From NCBI GenBank assembly GCA_965661005.1, contig CBFICB010000004.1:62879-126878 (forward strand): a stretch of 64,000 bases of DNA, read 5' to 3'. Position 1 is the stretch's first letter; each line of letters begins with the position of its first letter. The notes beneath the pieces were generated by a model. It saw only the letters and a program-made list of their open reading frames with translations. It made no database searches and was not told the origin of the DNA. The DNA is from Pseudohongiellaceae bacterium. Lineage in GTDB: Bacteria > Pseudomonadota > Gammaproteobacteria > Pseudomonadales > Pseudohongiellaceae. Below, in pieces: positions 48,970 to 56,877 of the stretch. Made by a program: the position numbers and the translations under genes.

Positions 48970-49713
48970 TTGACAGCCTGGATTGATGGTACGGTAGTAG
49001 AAAGTATACATTGGCATGAGAATTTGTTTTCTCTGAAAATTGAGGCAGATATTCCACTGTTTTCTGCCGGACAATTTGTCAGCCTAGCACTCGACATTGA
49101 TAATGAAAGAGTAGCCAGACCCTACTCAGTTTTAAGTTCACCCGGTCAAAACCCTTTGGAATTTTTCTTCTATGTTGCCTCTGATGGTGTGCTTTCCAAT
49201 GCTTTGGTTAATCTTGAAAAAGGAGATAAAGTATTTCTTAAAGATAAAGCTCAAGGTTTTTTTATACTGAATGAAATTCCAAGCGCTAAAGATTTATGGA
49301 TGATTGGTACAGGCACTGGTATCGCTCCATACTTTTCTATTCTGGGAGATGAAGAAGTTTGGCGAAAATATGAAAATGTTGTTTTGGTCGAAGGTGTTCG
49401 GTCAAGCAAGGATTTGCCGTATCAGGATTTAATAGAAAAGCTTGCACAAGAGCATCCTGATAATTTTAGATTCCAGGCCTTCGTGAGCCGGGAAGATTAC
49501 CCGGGCGCAATTAAAGGTAGAATACCTGCCAGCCTTGATGATGGTGGTCTTGAAGATAAAGTTGGATTAACTCTCAGCCCTTCAGATTCACAAATTATGT
49601 TGTGTGGAAACCCGGATATGGTTAAGGATTGTGTCGGAATTCTTAAGAGCAGAGGGTTTGAAAAGAATCTGAGAAGAAAACCAGGTCAAATTACCACAGA
49701 AAATTATTGGTAG
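48970..49713 (+). CDS. fpr: ferredoxin--NADP(+) reductase
   Basis: TTG start with AAAGGAAG upstream. RPYSV FAD motif, GTGIAP NADP motif and a C-terminal ...ENYW. Confidence 0.88.
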   Translation: MTAWIDGTVVESIHWHENLFSLKIEADIPLFSAGQFVSLALDIDNERVARPYSVLSSPGQNPLEFFFYVASDGVLSNALVNLEKGDKVFLKDKAQGFFILNEIPSAKDLWMIGTGTGIAPYFSILGDEEVWRKYENVVLVEGVRSSKDLPYQDLIEKLAQEHPDNFRFQAFVSREDYPGAIKGRIPASLDDGGLEDKVGLTLSPSDSQIMLCGNPDMVKDCVGILKSRGFEKNLRRKPGQITTENYW

Positions 49714-49750
49714 TAATATTGTTATTTTGATTATGATGTTCAGATAGCTC

Positions 49751-50815
49751 TTAAGCTAATACTGCAACACTTTTAATTTGAGCAAAAACTGCCTTTCCTC
49801 TTTTGATCTTTAAATTTTCTGCGGATTTCATCGTAATCCTTGCTAATACGGGTAGCTCTTTGATGATTAATCGCACAGTAAGCTGGGCCTTGCTTTCTTC
49901 ATAAAGCTCATCAATAACTGCTGGGAAAATGTTTAGGATGCTAGTGTTGCTTTGTTCTTCAAGCGTGAGGCTAATATCCTGAGCCAGCAAACGAAGTCTT
50001 AGTTTTTTTTGTGGTGCTAATTTTTTTCCGGGTACTGTAAAAGTGCCAACATCGGAAGATAAATAATTCAACTGAAATTTTTCATCATAATTATCTGCTG
50101 TTGCAAAAATTAATGATTCCGCCTGTCGCCGATGTGCCAATGATAAATCGGTTCGAGTGAGTAGTTCACTGATAGGGCCGAAAGCTTTTATAACAGTATC
50201 TTCTATAAATATAAGCTGGTCAGCTAATCTGCCTATTTCCTCATTGGAATGACTGACATAAAGAATAGGGATTTTCATCTCTTTATTGACGATTTCAATG
50301 TAAGGCAATAGTTCAGTCTTGCGGACTTGATCAAGGGAGGATAAGGGCTCATCCATTAATAATAGCTTTGGGTTAGCCGCTAAGGCTCTGGCAATTGCAA
50401 CGCGTTGGCGTTCCCCTCCTGAAAGAAAAGCGGGTTTTTTATTCAGTAAGTTTTGCAGCCCTAATAGATCGATGACTTGCCCAACAGAAATACTTCTGCG
50501 GTCAGCAGGAGCTCTTTTAAAACCATATTCAATATTTCCTTTAACGCTAAGATGTTCAAACAAGCTGGCTTCCTGGAAAACATAGCCAAGGGAACGCTGG
50601 TGTGGCGCCAGAAAGATATTTTCATCCTGCCAGATTTCATCGCCGACTTGCAGTGTCGAATTTGGATGCAATTCAAGCCCGGCGATGGCTCTTAGTAATG
50701 ATGTTTTCCCGCAACCTGATTCCCCGAATATTGCAGTGATACCTTCAGCTGAAATATTAAAATTGAAATTTAGCAATTCAGAACGTGCAATTTGAAACTG
50801 TGCTTTTAACCTCAT
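49751..50815 (-). CDS. modC: molybdate ABC transporter ATP-binding protein ModC
   Basis: Walker A GESGCGKTS, LSGGERQR, LLMDEP, and C-terminal TOBE-type domains. 354 aa. Confidence 0.88.
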   Translation of the reverse strand: MRLKAQFQIARSELLNFNFNISAEGITAIFGESGCGKTSLLRAIAGLELHPNSTLQVGDEIWQDENIFLAPHQRSLGYVFQEASLFEHLSVKGNIEYGFKRAPADRRSISVGQVIDLLGLQNLLNKKPAFLSGGERQRVAIARALAANPKLLLMDEPLSSLDQVRKTELLPYIEIVNKEMKIPILYVSHSNEEIGRLADQLIFIEDTVIKAFGPISELLTRTDLSLAHRRQAESLIFATADNYDEKFQLNYLSSDVGTFTVPGKKLAPQKKLRLRLLAQDISLTLEEQSNTSILNIFPAVIDELYEESKAQLTVRLIIKELPVLARITMKSAENLKIKRGKAVFAQIKSVAVLA

Positions 50816-51492
50816 AATCGGACAACCTTAAAGCGGCCATTGATGGCATAAACGGCTACAAGCATAAGGAAGGATAAGATGACAAGACTGCCAGCTAATA
50901 AATGGGCATTTGCGTATTCGAGAGCTTCGACATGCTCATAGATTGCAATCGAAAGCACCTTGGTTTCGCCAGGAATATTTCCACCAATCATCAATACAAC
51001 CCCAAACTCACCCAAAGTATGGGCAAAGCCAAGCACGATTGCAGTCAGCACACCTTGTCGAGCCAAAGGCAAGGCAACGCTTATAAAGCGATCAAAGGGC
51101 GAGGCACCAAGCGTGGCTGCAGCTTCCATGGGTCTTTGACCAATATTATTGAAAGCGTCTTGCAAAGGTTGTACAACAAAAGGCATGGAATAAAAAACAG
51201 AGCCAATTACCAGCCCAGTAAAGCTAAAGGCTAATGGTTCAGCACCGATGGATTCCATCAAGTACCCCAGCGGACCATTATTGCCAAGTAATAATAATAA
51301 ATAAAATCCTAATACGGTCGGGGGCAGTACCAGTGGCAGTGCAACAAGGGCTTCGAGGAAAAATTTATATCGCCAGCGACTTCGAGCGAGGTACCAGGCC
51401 AAAGGCGTACCTAAAATTAATAAAATTAAAGTGGTAATGAAAGCGAGTTGTAGTGTTAAAAAGAATGCTGTTAAATCTGCTGATATAAACAT
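50812..51492 (-). CDS. modB: molybdate ABC transporter permease ModB
   Basis: 226 aa, 5-6 TM helices. LVLPPTVLGFYLL and EAA-loop (EAAATLGASPF...) motifs. Overlaps modC by 4 nt. Confidence 0.85.
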   Translation of the reverse strand: MFISADLTAFFLTLQLAFITTLILLILGTPLAWYLARSRWRYKFFLEALVALPLVLPPTVLGFYLLLLLGNNGPLGYLMESIGAEPLAFSFTGLVIGSVFYSMPFVVQPLQDAFNNIGQRPMEAAATLGASPFDRFISVALPLARQGVLTAIVLGFAHTLGEFGVVLMIGGNIPGETKVLSIAIYEHVEALEYANAHLLAGSLVILSFLMLVAVYAINGRFKVVRL

Positions 51493-51671
51493 TAGCCTTG
51501 GCTTGCTTCAGATGCTTTCTAATAATGAGTAATTCAATGGTAAGTGTGCTTGAGGCACCGTGTCCAGTTATATGGCTTTTTGGCCAGTTAAATTTAGCGA
51601 CAGTTTTTTAATTCCTGTATTATTGCCCTTTGCTGTTAAAAATTAATCCAGCAAACCTAGAGCGTAAACGA

Positions 51672-52673
51672 ATGTCTGAATCTGCAACAACTTTGATTGA
51701 TAAACATGGGCGTCATATTGATTATGTACGACTGTCGCTGACAGATCGTTGTGATTTTCGTTGTGTTTATTGTATGTCTGAAGAAATGACCTTCTTGCCA
51801 CGTAAGCAAATATTAAGCCTTGAAGAAATATACAAAGTCGCATCAGCGTTTACTGAATTAGGGGTTAATAAAATTCGCTTAACGGGTGGAGAGCCATTAG
51901 TGCGAAGGAACGTCATGTCCTTAATCGAAAATATCGGACGCTTACCTGGTTTGGATGAGTTTCTACTCACAACGAATGGTTCGCAATTAGAAAAAATGGC
52001 AGGCCCTTTAAGAGACGCGGGTGTTAATCGCATTAATATCAGTCTTGATAGTCTAAATGCTGAAAAGTTTAAAGCTATGACGCGCACAGGTAAGCTGGAG
52101 CAAGTATTAAAAGGGATTGAAACTGCAGTGGCTACAGGTTTTGACAGCATTCGTCTGAATTCAGTAATTTTACGTGGAGTTAATGATCATGAAATTATTG
52201 ACCTGCTTGAATATGCCATAGGTTTAGGGATAAACATTGCGTATATAGAAGAAATGCCATTGGGCGATATCAGTGATCATGAAAGAGTGGATACGGTGTT
52301 TTCCAATGAGAATGTTAAGGAAAAAATTCTAGAACATTATGCTATAAGCCCAATAGATATGAACACAGCCGGCCCGTCTCGTTATTATGAAATTGAGGGG
52401 CAGCAAAGCCGAGTTGGTTTCATATCTCCGGTTAGTCACAATTTCTGCGAAAGCTGTAACCGAGTAAGGGTGACTGTCGAGGGGCGTTTATTATTGTGTT
52501 TGGGTAATGAGTACTCAACTGATCTTAGGCAATTACTCAGGGAGCAGCCTGACAATTCAGAATTGTTAAAGCAGACTATCGTTGAAGCTATGGACATCAA
52601 ACCGCTACGTCATTATTTTTATGACGAAGAGCAGCCGCAAATAGTTAGATTTATGAATATGACAGGGGGTTAG
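51672..52673 (+). CDS. moaA: GTP 3',8-cyclase MoaA (radical SAM)
   Basis: CDFRCVYC radical-SAM cluster motif, C-terminal CESCNRVR cluster and a terminal GG. The ATG at 51672 is preferred over the TTG at 51630. Confidence 0.92.
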   Translation: MSESATTLIDKHGRHIDYVRLSLTDRCDFRCVYCMSEEMTFLPRKQILSLEEIYKVASAFTELGVNKIRLTGGEPLVRRNVMSLIENIGRLPGLDEFLLTTNGSQLEKMAGPLRDAGVNRINISLDSLNAEKFKAMTRTGKLEQVLKGIETAVATGFDSIRLNSVILRGVNDHEIIDLLEYAIGLGINIAYIEEMPLGDISDHERVDTVFSNENVKEKILEHYAISPIDMNTAGPSRYYEIEGQQSRVGFISPVSHNFCESCNRVRVTVEGRLLLCLGNEYSTDLRQLLREQPDNSELLKQTIVEAMDIKPLRHYFYDEEQPQIVRFMNMTGG

Positions 52674-52676
52674 TGA

Positions 52677-53198
52677 GTGGCCAATAATAAAGCTCAGGCA
52701 TCTTTTGTCGCGTTAAACATCGCTGTTGTGACAGTGTCGGATACGCGTACTGAAGAAAATGATACTTCCGGAGGCTATTTACAAAAAGAACTTGTCAAAG
52801 CTGGTCACAGTCTGGTGGAAAAACATATCTGTAAAGACGATGTCTATCGTTTGCGTGCTCTGCTTGCAAACTTAATTGCGGATAGTAGTATCCAAGCCGT
52901 GTTGGTCACTGGAGGAACCGGATTTACTCGACGCGACAACACTGTTGTGGCGATAAAGCCTCTACTGGATTCCAGTATTGACGGCTTTGGTGAATTGTTC
53001 AGGGCCCTGTCTTATCAGGAAATTGGTTCTTCTACAATTCAATCCAGAGCTTTTGCTGGTCTCAGTAATGACACCGTAATCTTTTGTATGCCAGGCTCGA
53101 CGGGGGCATGTAAGACGGCCTGGGAAGGTATAATTGCTGAGCAGCTAAACAGTCTACATAAACCCTGTAATTTTGTTGGCAGAATTACGGATCATTAA
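52677..53198 (+). CDS. moaB: molybdenum cofactor biosynthesis protein B (MoaB/MogA family)
   Basis: GTG start, 173 aa. TVSDTR and LVTGGTGFTRRD motifs. Confidence 0.88.
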   Translation: MANNKAQASFVALNIAVVTVSDTRTEENDTSGGYLQKELVKAGHSLVEKHICKDDVYRLRALLANLIADSSIQAVLVTGGTGFTRRDNTVVAIKPLLDSSIDGFGELFRALSYQEIGSSTIQSRAFAGLSNDTVIFCMPGSTGACKTAWEGIIAEQLNSLHKPCNFVGRITDH

Positions 53199-53207
53199 AT
53201 CGCGGGC

Positions 53208-53255
53208 AAAAAAAAGCGCAGCCTAAAAAAGAAGGGATGAATCTGCAGGCTGCGC
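53208..53255 (-). terminator. GC-rich hairpin with the U-tract on the minus strand only (terminator for an unannotated minus-strand transcript; may also stop moaB)
   Basis: GCGCAGCCT (53216-53224) pairs with AGGCTGCGC (53247-53255) around a 22-nt loop. On the plus strand it is preceded by A8 (53208-53215), which reads as T8 after the stem on the minus strand. No T-run follows it on the plus strand. Confidence 0.5.
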
Positions 53256-53342
53256 GAATAGTAATTTAGTTAAAATATCAGCTGGTCAAGCAAAGGGGGA
53301 TAAGCTATCTCAGCTGAATCTAAATCTGGGTTAGGCTATCAA

Positions 53343-53531
53343 GTGAATGATGCCCACAAAGTTAATACTGGGATGATCAATATAGCCAGGGTGCTTAAGG
53401 CTGATTTGATATATTCCACTATTGTTTCTGTGTCTTCTAGACTTTCTGTTCTCTCTGTATTTACTGTATTTGCTGTATTCATTACTGCTTTGTCCATCGC
53501 GGTGCTCCTTATAAGAATATGGGATGATTAA
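53343..53531 (+). CDS. very tentative small membrane peptide (62 aa from GTG 53343, or 52 aa from ATG 53373)
   Basis: The C-terminal 24-residue hydrophobic stretch LSVLSVFTVFAVFITALSIAVLLI is followed by RIWDD. SD is weak. A minus-strand ORF (53331..53567) overlaps it completely. This may not be coding at all. Confidence 0.15.
   Translation: MNDAHKVNTGMINIARVLKADLIYSTIVSVSSRLSVLSVFTVFAVFITALSIAVLLIRIWDD
53455..53481. repeat. 3 x 9-nt tandem repeat (CTGTATTTA CTGTATTTG CTGTATTCA)
   Basis: Read directly. In the plus frame it encodes (S/T/A)-V-F three times. Confidence 0.8.
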
Positions 53532-53893
53532 GACGTCTCTTTTGAAAACGTAGCGCAATGGTAACACATTTTTCGGAATAAAAGTAACGCTTTGTTAAAA
53601 TAATTCATAATTTATGCTAATTTGTTACTTATTGTTGCTAAAAGTGCATATTTCTTAAAGTTGTTTGAGTCCAGTAAATCAGTTCTAATAGCAAGAAGTA
53701 TAAGATTAAGTTTAATGAAAGCAGTACTAAAAGTAACATATTAAATAAGTTGTACACAAAATGATCATAAATTCATTACATTTCAAGCAAAAGTGTTACC
53801 TTGCTCACATAATGCTAGGAATGGCGATCATTAAGGCCTGCATAATGTGCTTGGTCCTTGATAAGTGATTGTGCACATATATTGGAGAGCTAA

Positions 53894-54724
53894 ATGCTAG
53901 ATCCTAGTGAGAGTCTTAAGGGAAAAGTGGTTGCGGTGCCTGAAAACAGACAGCTATTGTTGTTAACAAGGATGCTGATTAATCGCGAGGCTGATGTGAT
54001 TTCAGTGCCTCTAGTTGCCATCCATGATGCACCTGATCCAAAGCCTGTATTAGACTGGATTGAGGCTTTCATCGCTAAACCGCCAGATATTTTAATTTTG
54101 TTAACTGGAGAGGGCTTGAGGCGCTTGATTAGCCTGTGTGAGAAGAGTGCTTTAAAAAATGCCTTCATAGATGCTTTAAATAAAGTAGATGTCTTATGTC
54201 GAGGACCTAAACCTAATCAGGCTTTACGAGAAATTGGACTTGAGAGACAGTTTGATGCAAAGGCACCAACAACTGATGGCGTTATTGCCAGACTCGATGA
54301 GTTGTCAATTTCGAGTAAATCTGTTGCTGTGCAGTTGTATGGTGAAGAACCCAATCTAAAGTTGATCTCTTATCTGGAGCAGCGAGGCGCTATAGTGAGT
54401 ACTGTTGCACCATATGTGTATGCCAATAAACTGGAAGATGAAAAAGTTATTGAGCTCATCAGCGCAATGTCCAATGGTCGAATTAATGTAATTGCATTTA
54501 CTTCTCAACCCCAGATACACCGTTTATTTCAAGTCGTCAAGCAAAATCAGCTTGAAGCAGAATTAAAAGCAGGTTTGGGCCTTTGTCATGTTGCTGCAGT
54601 AGGGCCAGTTGTCAAAGAGGTTCTAAATAATAAAGGCATTACAGTTGAAATAATGCCTGAGCGTACTTTTTTTATGAAACCGATGGTAACGGCAATTGTG
54701 AAGTTCTTGAACGCAAAGGGCTGA
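53894..54724 (+). CDS. uroporphyrinogen-III synthase (HemD/HEM4) family protein, orphan copy outside a hem operon
   Basis: 276 aa with a two-lobed HEM4-like pattern (L.GK.V.V....Q......L...GA.V...P...I ... repeated half with AFTS..Q). GGAGAG SD before the ATG. Confidence 0.65.
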   Translation: MLDPSESLKGKVVAVPENRQLLLLTRMLINREADVISVPLVAIHDAPDPKPVLDWIEAFIAKPPDILILLTGEGLRRLISLCEKSALKNAFIDALNKVDVLCRGPKPNQALREIGLERQFDAKAPTTDGVIARLDELSISSKSVAVQLYGEEPNLKLISYLEQRGAIVSTVAPYVYANKLEDEKVIELISAMSNGRINVIAFTSQPQIHRLFQVVKQNQLEAELKAGLGLCHVAAVGPVVKEVLNNKGITVEIMPERTFFMKPMVTAIVKFLNAKG

Positions 54725-54792
54725 ATAGCATTATAATGAGCAAACTCTATACTACCTGTAAACTATATTGAAAATTATTCAGGACCATAACA

Positions 54793-55413
54793 ATGAAATT
54801 AGTCAAAATATTAGCCAGCATTATTATCAGTGGTATCTTTGCCCTTAATTTACAACTACAGGCGCAGGCTCAGGAAAAAAAAGATCCTGCTGAACTGTAT
54901 GCCGTGATTGAAACTGATCATGGAACACTTGAGTTCCTGCTATATAAATCTGTTGCACCAATTACGGTGGCAAATTTTGTCAATCTAGCTACTCGTGGCT
55001 ACTACGATGGCTTAACGTTTCACCGTGTAATTGACGATTTTATGGCGCAAGGAGGAGATCCCTTTGGTGATGGTTCTGGCGGTCCCGGTTATAACTTCGA
55101 AGATGAAATCCGTATGCGTCATAACCAGGATGGTATTTTGTCTATGGCCAATGCAGGGCCTGATACCAATGGGAGTCAGTTTTTCATCACTCATGTTGCT
55201 ACCCCGCATTTAAATGGCTTGCATACGGTATTTGGCAAAATTCACAGCGGTAGAGAACTAATCAGGCAAATTAGAGTAGGTGACACAATCAACTCAATAA
55301 CAATTGAGGGCAATGCCAGAGCTTTTTTGGAAAGCCGGGATGATAGGGTTTATCAGTGGAATGTCATCTTGGATGAGCGCTTTCCAAATCTAAAAGAAGC
55401 ATTGACCGATTAG
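54793..55413 (+). CDS. ppiA: periplasmic cyclophilin-type peptidyl-prolyl cis-trans isomerase
   Basis: Signal peptide, [32 protein letters not shown]. Confidence 0.9.
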   Translation: MKLVKILASIIISGIFALNLQLQAQAQEKKDPAELYAVIETDHGTLEFLLYKSVAPITVANFVNLATRGYYDGLTFHRVIDDFMAQGGDPFGDGSGGPGYNFEDEIRMRHNQDGILSMANAGPDTNGSQFFITHVATPHLNGLHTVFGKIHSGRELIRQIRVGDTINSITIEGNARAFLESRDDRVYQWNVILDERFPNLKEALTD

Positions 55414-55415
55414 AG

Positions 55416-56036
55416 TTAGTGGCTGGCAGGAGGTTTTTCAGTGGCCTTTATGGTGGCCTCCTCATCCTCATCTTCCTGCAGGTAGGGCATCAAGTAAAAG
55501 GTTTGTCCGATTATAAAGAGGAAAATCAAACCCATACTGCCAAAAACTTTAAAATCAACCCAGTACTCGTGAAACGTAAAAGCTACGAAGAGATTGATAG
55601 CGCCCAGGAATAAGAAGAAATATGCCCAGGCGAAATTTAAACGTCGCCAGGCGTGTTCAGGCATTTCTACGGCATGTTCCAGCATTAATTGAGTGGCATT
55701 TTTCTTGGTAAAAAAATGGCTGCCAAAAAAGATGGACGCGAAAATCCAGTTAACAACAGGGGCTTTCCATTTTAGTATTGCTTCTTCGCGAAAAATGATC
55801 GTGAAAGAGCAGAAGATGATAACGGCAACAAGAGTGATAAGTTGCGTGCGTTCCAGTTTTTTATGCACAAGAAAAAGCGAGCCGTAAACCAAAATAGAAC
55901 TAACAACCAGTATCTCGGTCGCGCTGAAAATTCCACCCAGGTTATAAGTGAAGGAGCCAAGTTGTACGCTACGCTCTTCCATTTTGTAGACAATAAAAAA
56001 GAAGATCAGCGGAATATAGTCAATTAATTGTTTCAT
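55416..56036 (-). CDS. yciB: intracellular septation protein A (YciB/IspZ)
   Basis: MKQLIDYIPLIFFFIVYK N-terminus, 5 TM helices. This copy carries an acidic C-terminal tail. Confidence 0.88.
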   Translation of the reverse strand: MKQLIDYIPLIFFFIVYKMEERSVQLGSFTYNLGGIFSATEILVVSSILVYGSLFLVHKKLERTQLITLVAVIIFCSFTIIFREEAILKWKAPVVNWIFASIFFGSHFFTKKNATQLMLEHAVEMPEHAWRRLNFAWAYFFLFLGAINLFVAFTFHEYWVDFKVFGSMGLIFLFIIGQTFYLMPYLQEDEDEEATIKATEKPPASH

Positions 56037-56129
56037 AGCTGCATTCTAGAGGATATCACTAAAAGTCGCTATCTCCACTACAAGCTATGATAATCTTGCC
56101 AACTTTCAAAGTAGTGAAGTAGTACAGCA

Positions 56130-56753
56130 ATGTCTCAAGTGTTACATATACATGCCGAAAATCCGCAATTAAGGCTGATAAAACAAGCTGTTGAAATAAT
56201 TAAAGCTGCAGGGGTCATGATTTATCCAACAGACTCAGCCTATGCATTGGGTTGTCGAATAGGAAATAAAGCTGGTTTACAGCAAATATCCAGGATTCGT
56301 CAGTTTGATTCTAGGCACAACTTTACGCTGGTTTGTCGAGATCTTTCTGAAATTGCACTATATGCGAGAGTTGATAATAGTGCTTACCGTCTACTTAAAG
56401 CCTATACTCCTGGGGCCTATACTTTCATTTTACGGGCAACATCTGAAGTTCCACGTCTGCTCATGCATCCAAAACGCAAAACGATTGGTATTCGCATACC
56501 AGATCATCCCGTTGTTGAGGCTCTATTGGGAGAATTAAATGAACCCATTCTCAGCAGCACCCTGATAATGCCCGGAGAAGATAATCCACCTTATGAAATT
56601 AACGATATTAAAGATGATTTAGGCCATGCCGTTGACTTAATTATCGACTCTGGTTTTTGCGGTCTAGAAGCAACGACAGTGGTTGATTTAGTGGAGGGAA
56701 GCCCCCGCTTATTGCGAGCCGGTAAGGCTGATGCAAGCCCCTTTCAAAATTAA
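56130..56753 (+). CDS. yciO: YrdC/Sua5-fold protein YciO
   Basis: 207 aa, nearly colinear with E. coli YciO as I remember it (IH.ENPQ.RLI.QAVEI...G.V.YPTDS.YALGC.I, HNFTL.CRDLSE, TPG.YTFIL). Confidence 0.88.
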   Translation: MSQVLHIHAENPQLRLIKQAVEIIKAAGVMIYPTDSAYALGCRIGNKAGLQQISRIRQFDSRHNFTLVCRDLSEIALYARVDNSAYRLLKAYTPGAYTFILRATSEVPRLLMHPKRKTIGIRIPDHPVVEALLGELNEPILSSTLIMPGEDNPPYEINDIKDDLGHAVDLIIDSGFCGLEATTVVDLVEGSPRLLRAGKADASPFQN

Positions 56754-56877
56754 TGTTGGCGGCTTCATAAAACCCTGTGTGATTTGGCTAATAATATCTA
56801 TTTCATCTGATGATAAAGCTGCCACGCGAACGTAAAAACTAGTTATAATAATAACAATAGGTAGTTGGGGAAAAAGA

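Noticed and set aside
51493-51671. I looked for a Moco riboswitch or ModE operator in the modB/moaA divergent spacer.
   Set aside because: I could not recognise the conserved Moco-motif elements or a convincing TATAT-N7-TAYAT-type ModE box by eye. A covariance-model search is needed, so no feature is called.
53331-53567. 78-aa minus-strand ORF (GTG start) in the large gap.
   Set aside because: It has no SD, and its low-complexity basic sequence (NEYSKYSKYRENRKSRRHRNN) is generated by the 9-nt tandem repeat. It is more likely non-coding. The region is reported as a finding, not as a gene.
56754-56877. I checked the trpS upstream region for a T-box, a Trp-codon leader peptide or an attenuator.
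   Set aside because: No tandem Trp codons, specifier/T-box sequence or terminator/antiterminator pair is visible. There is only an AGTTATAAT -10-like element.
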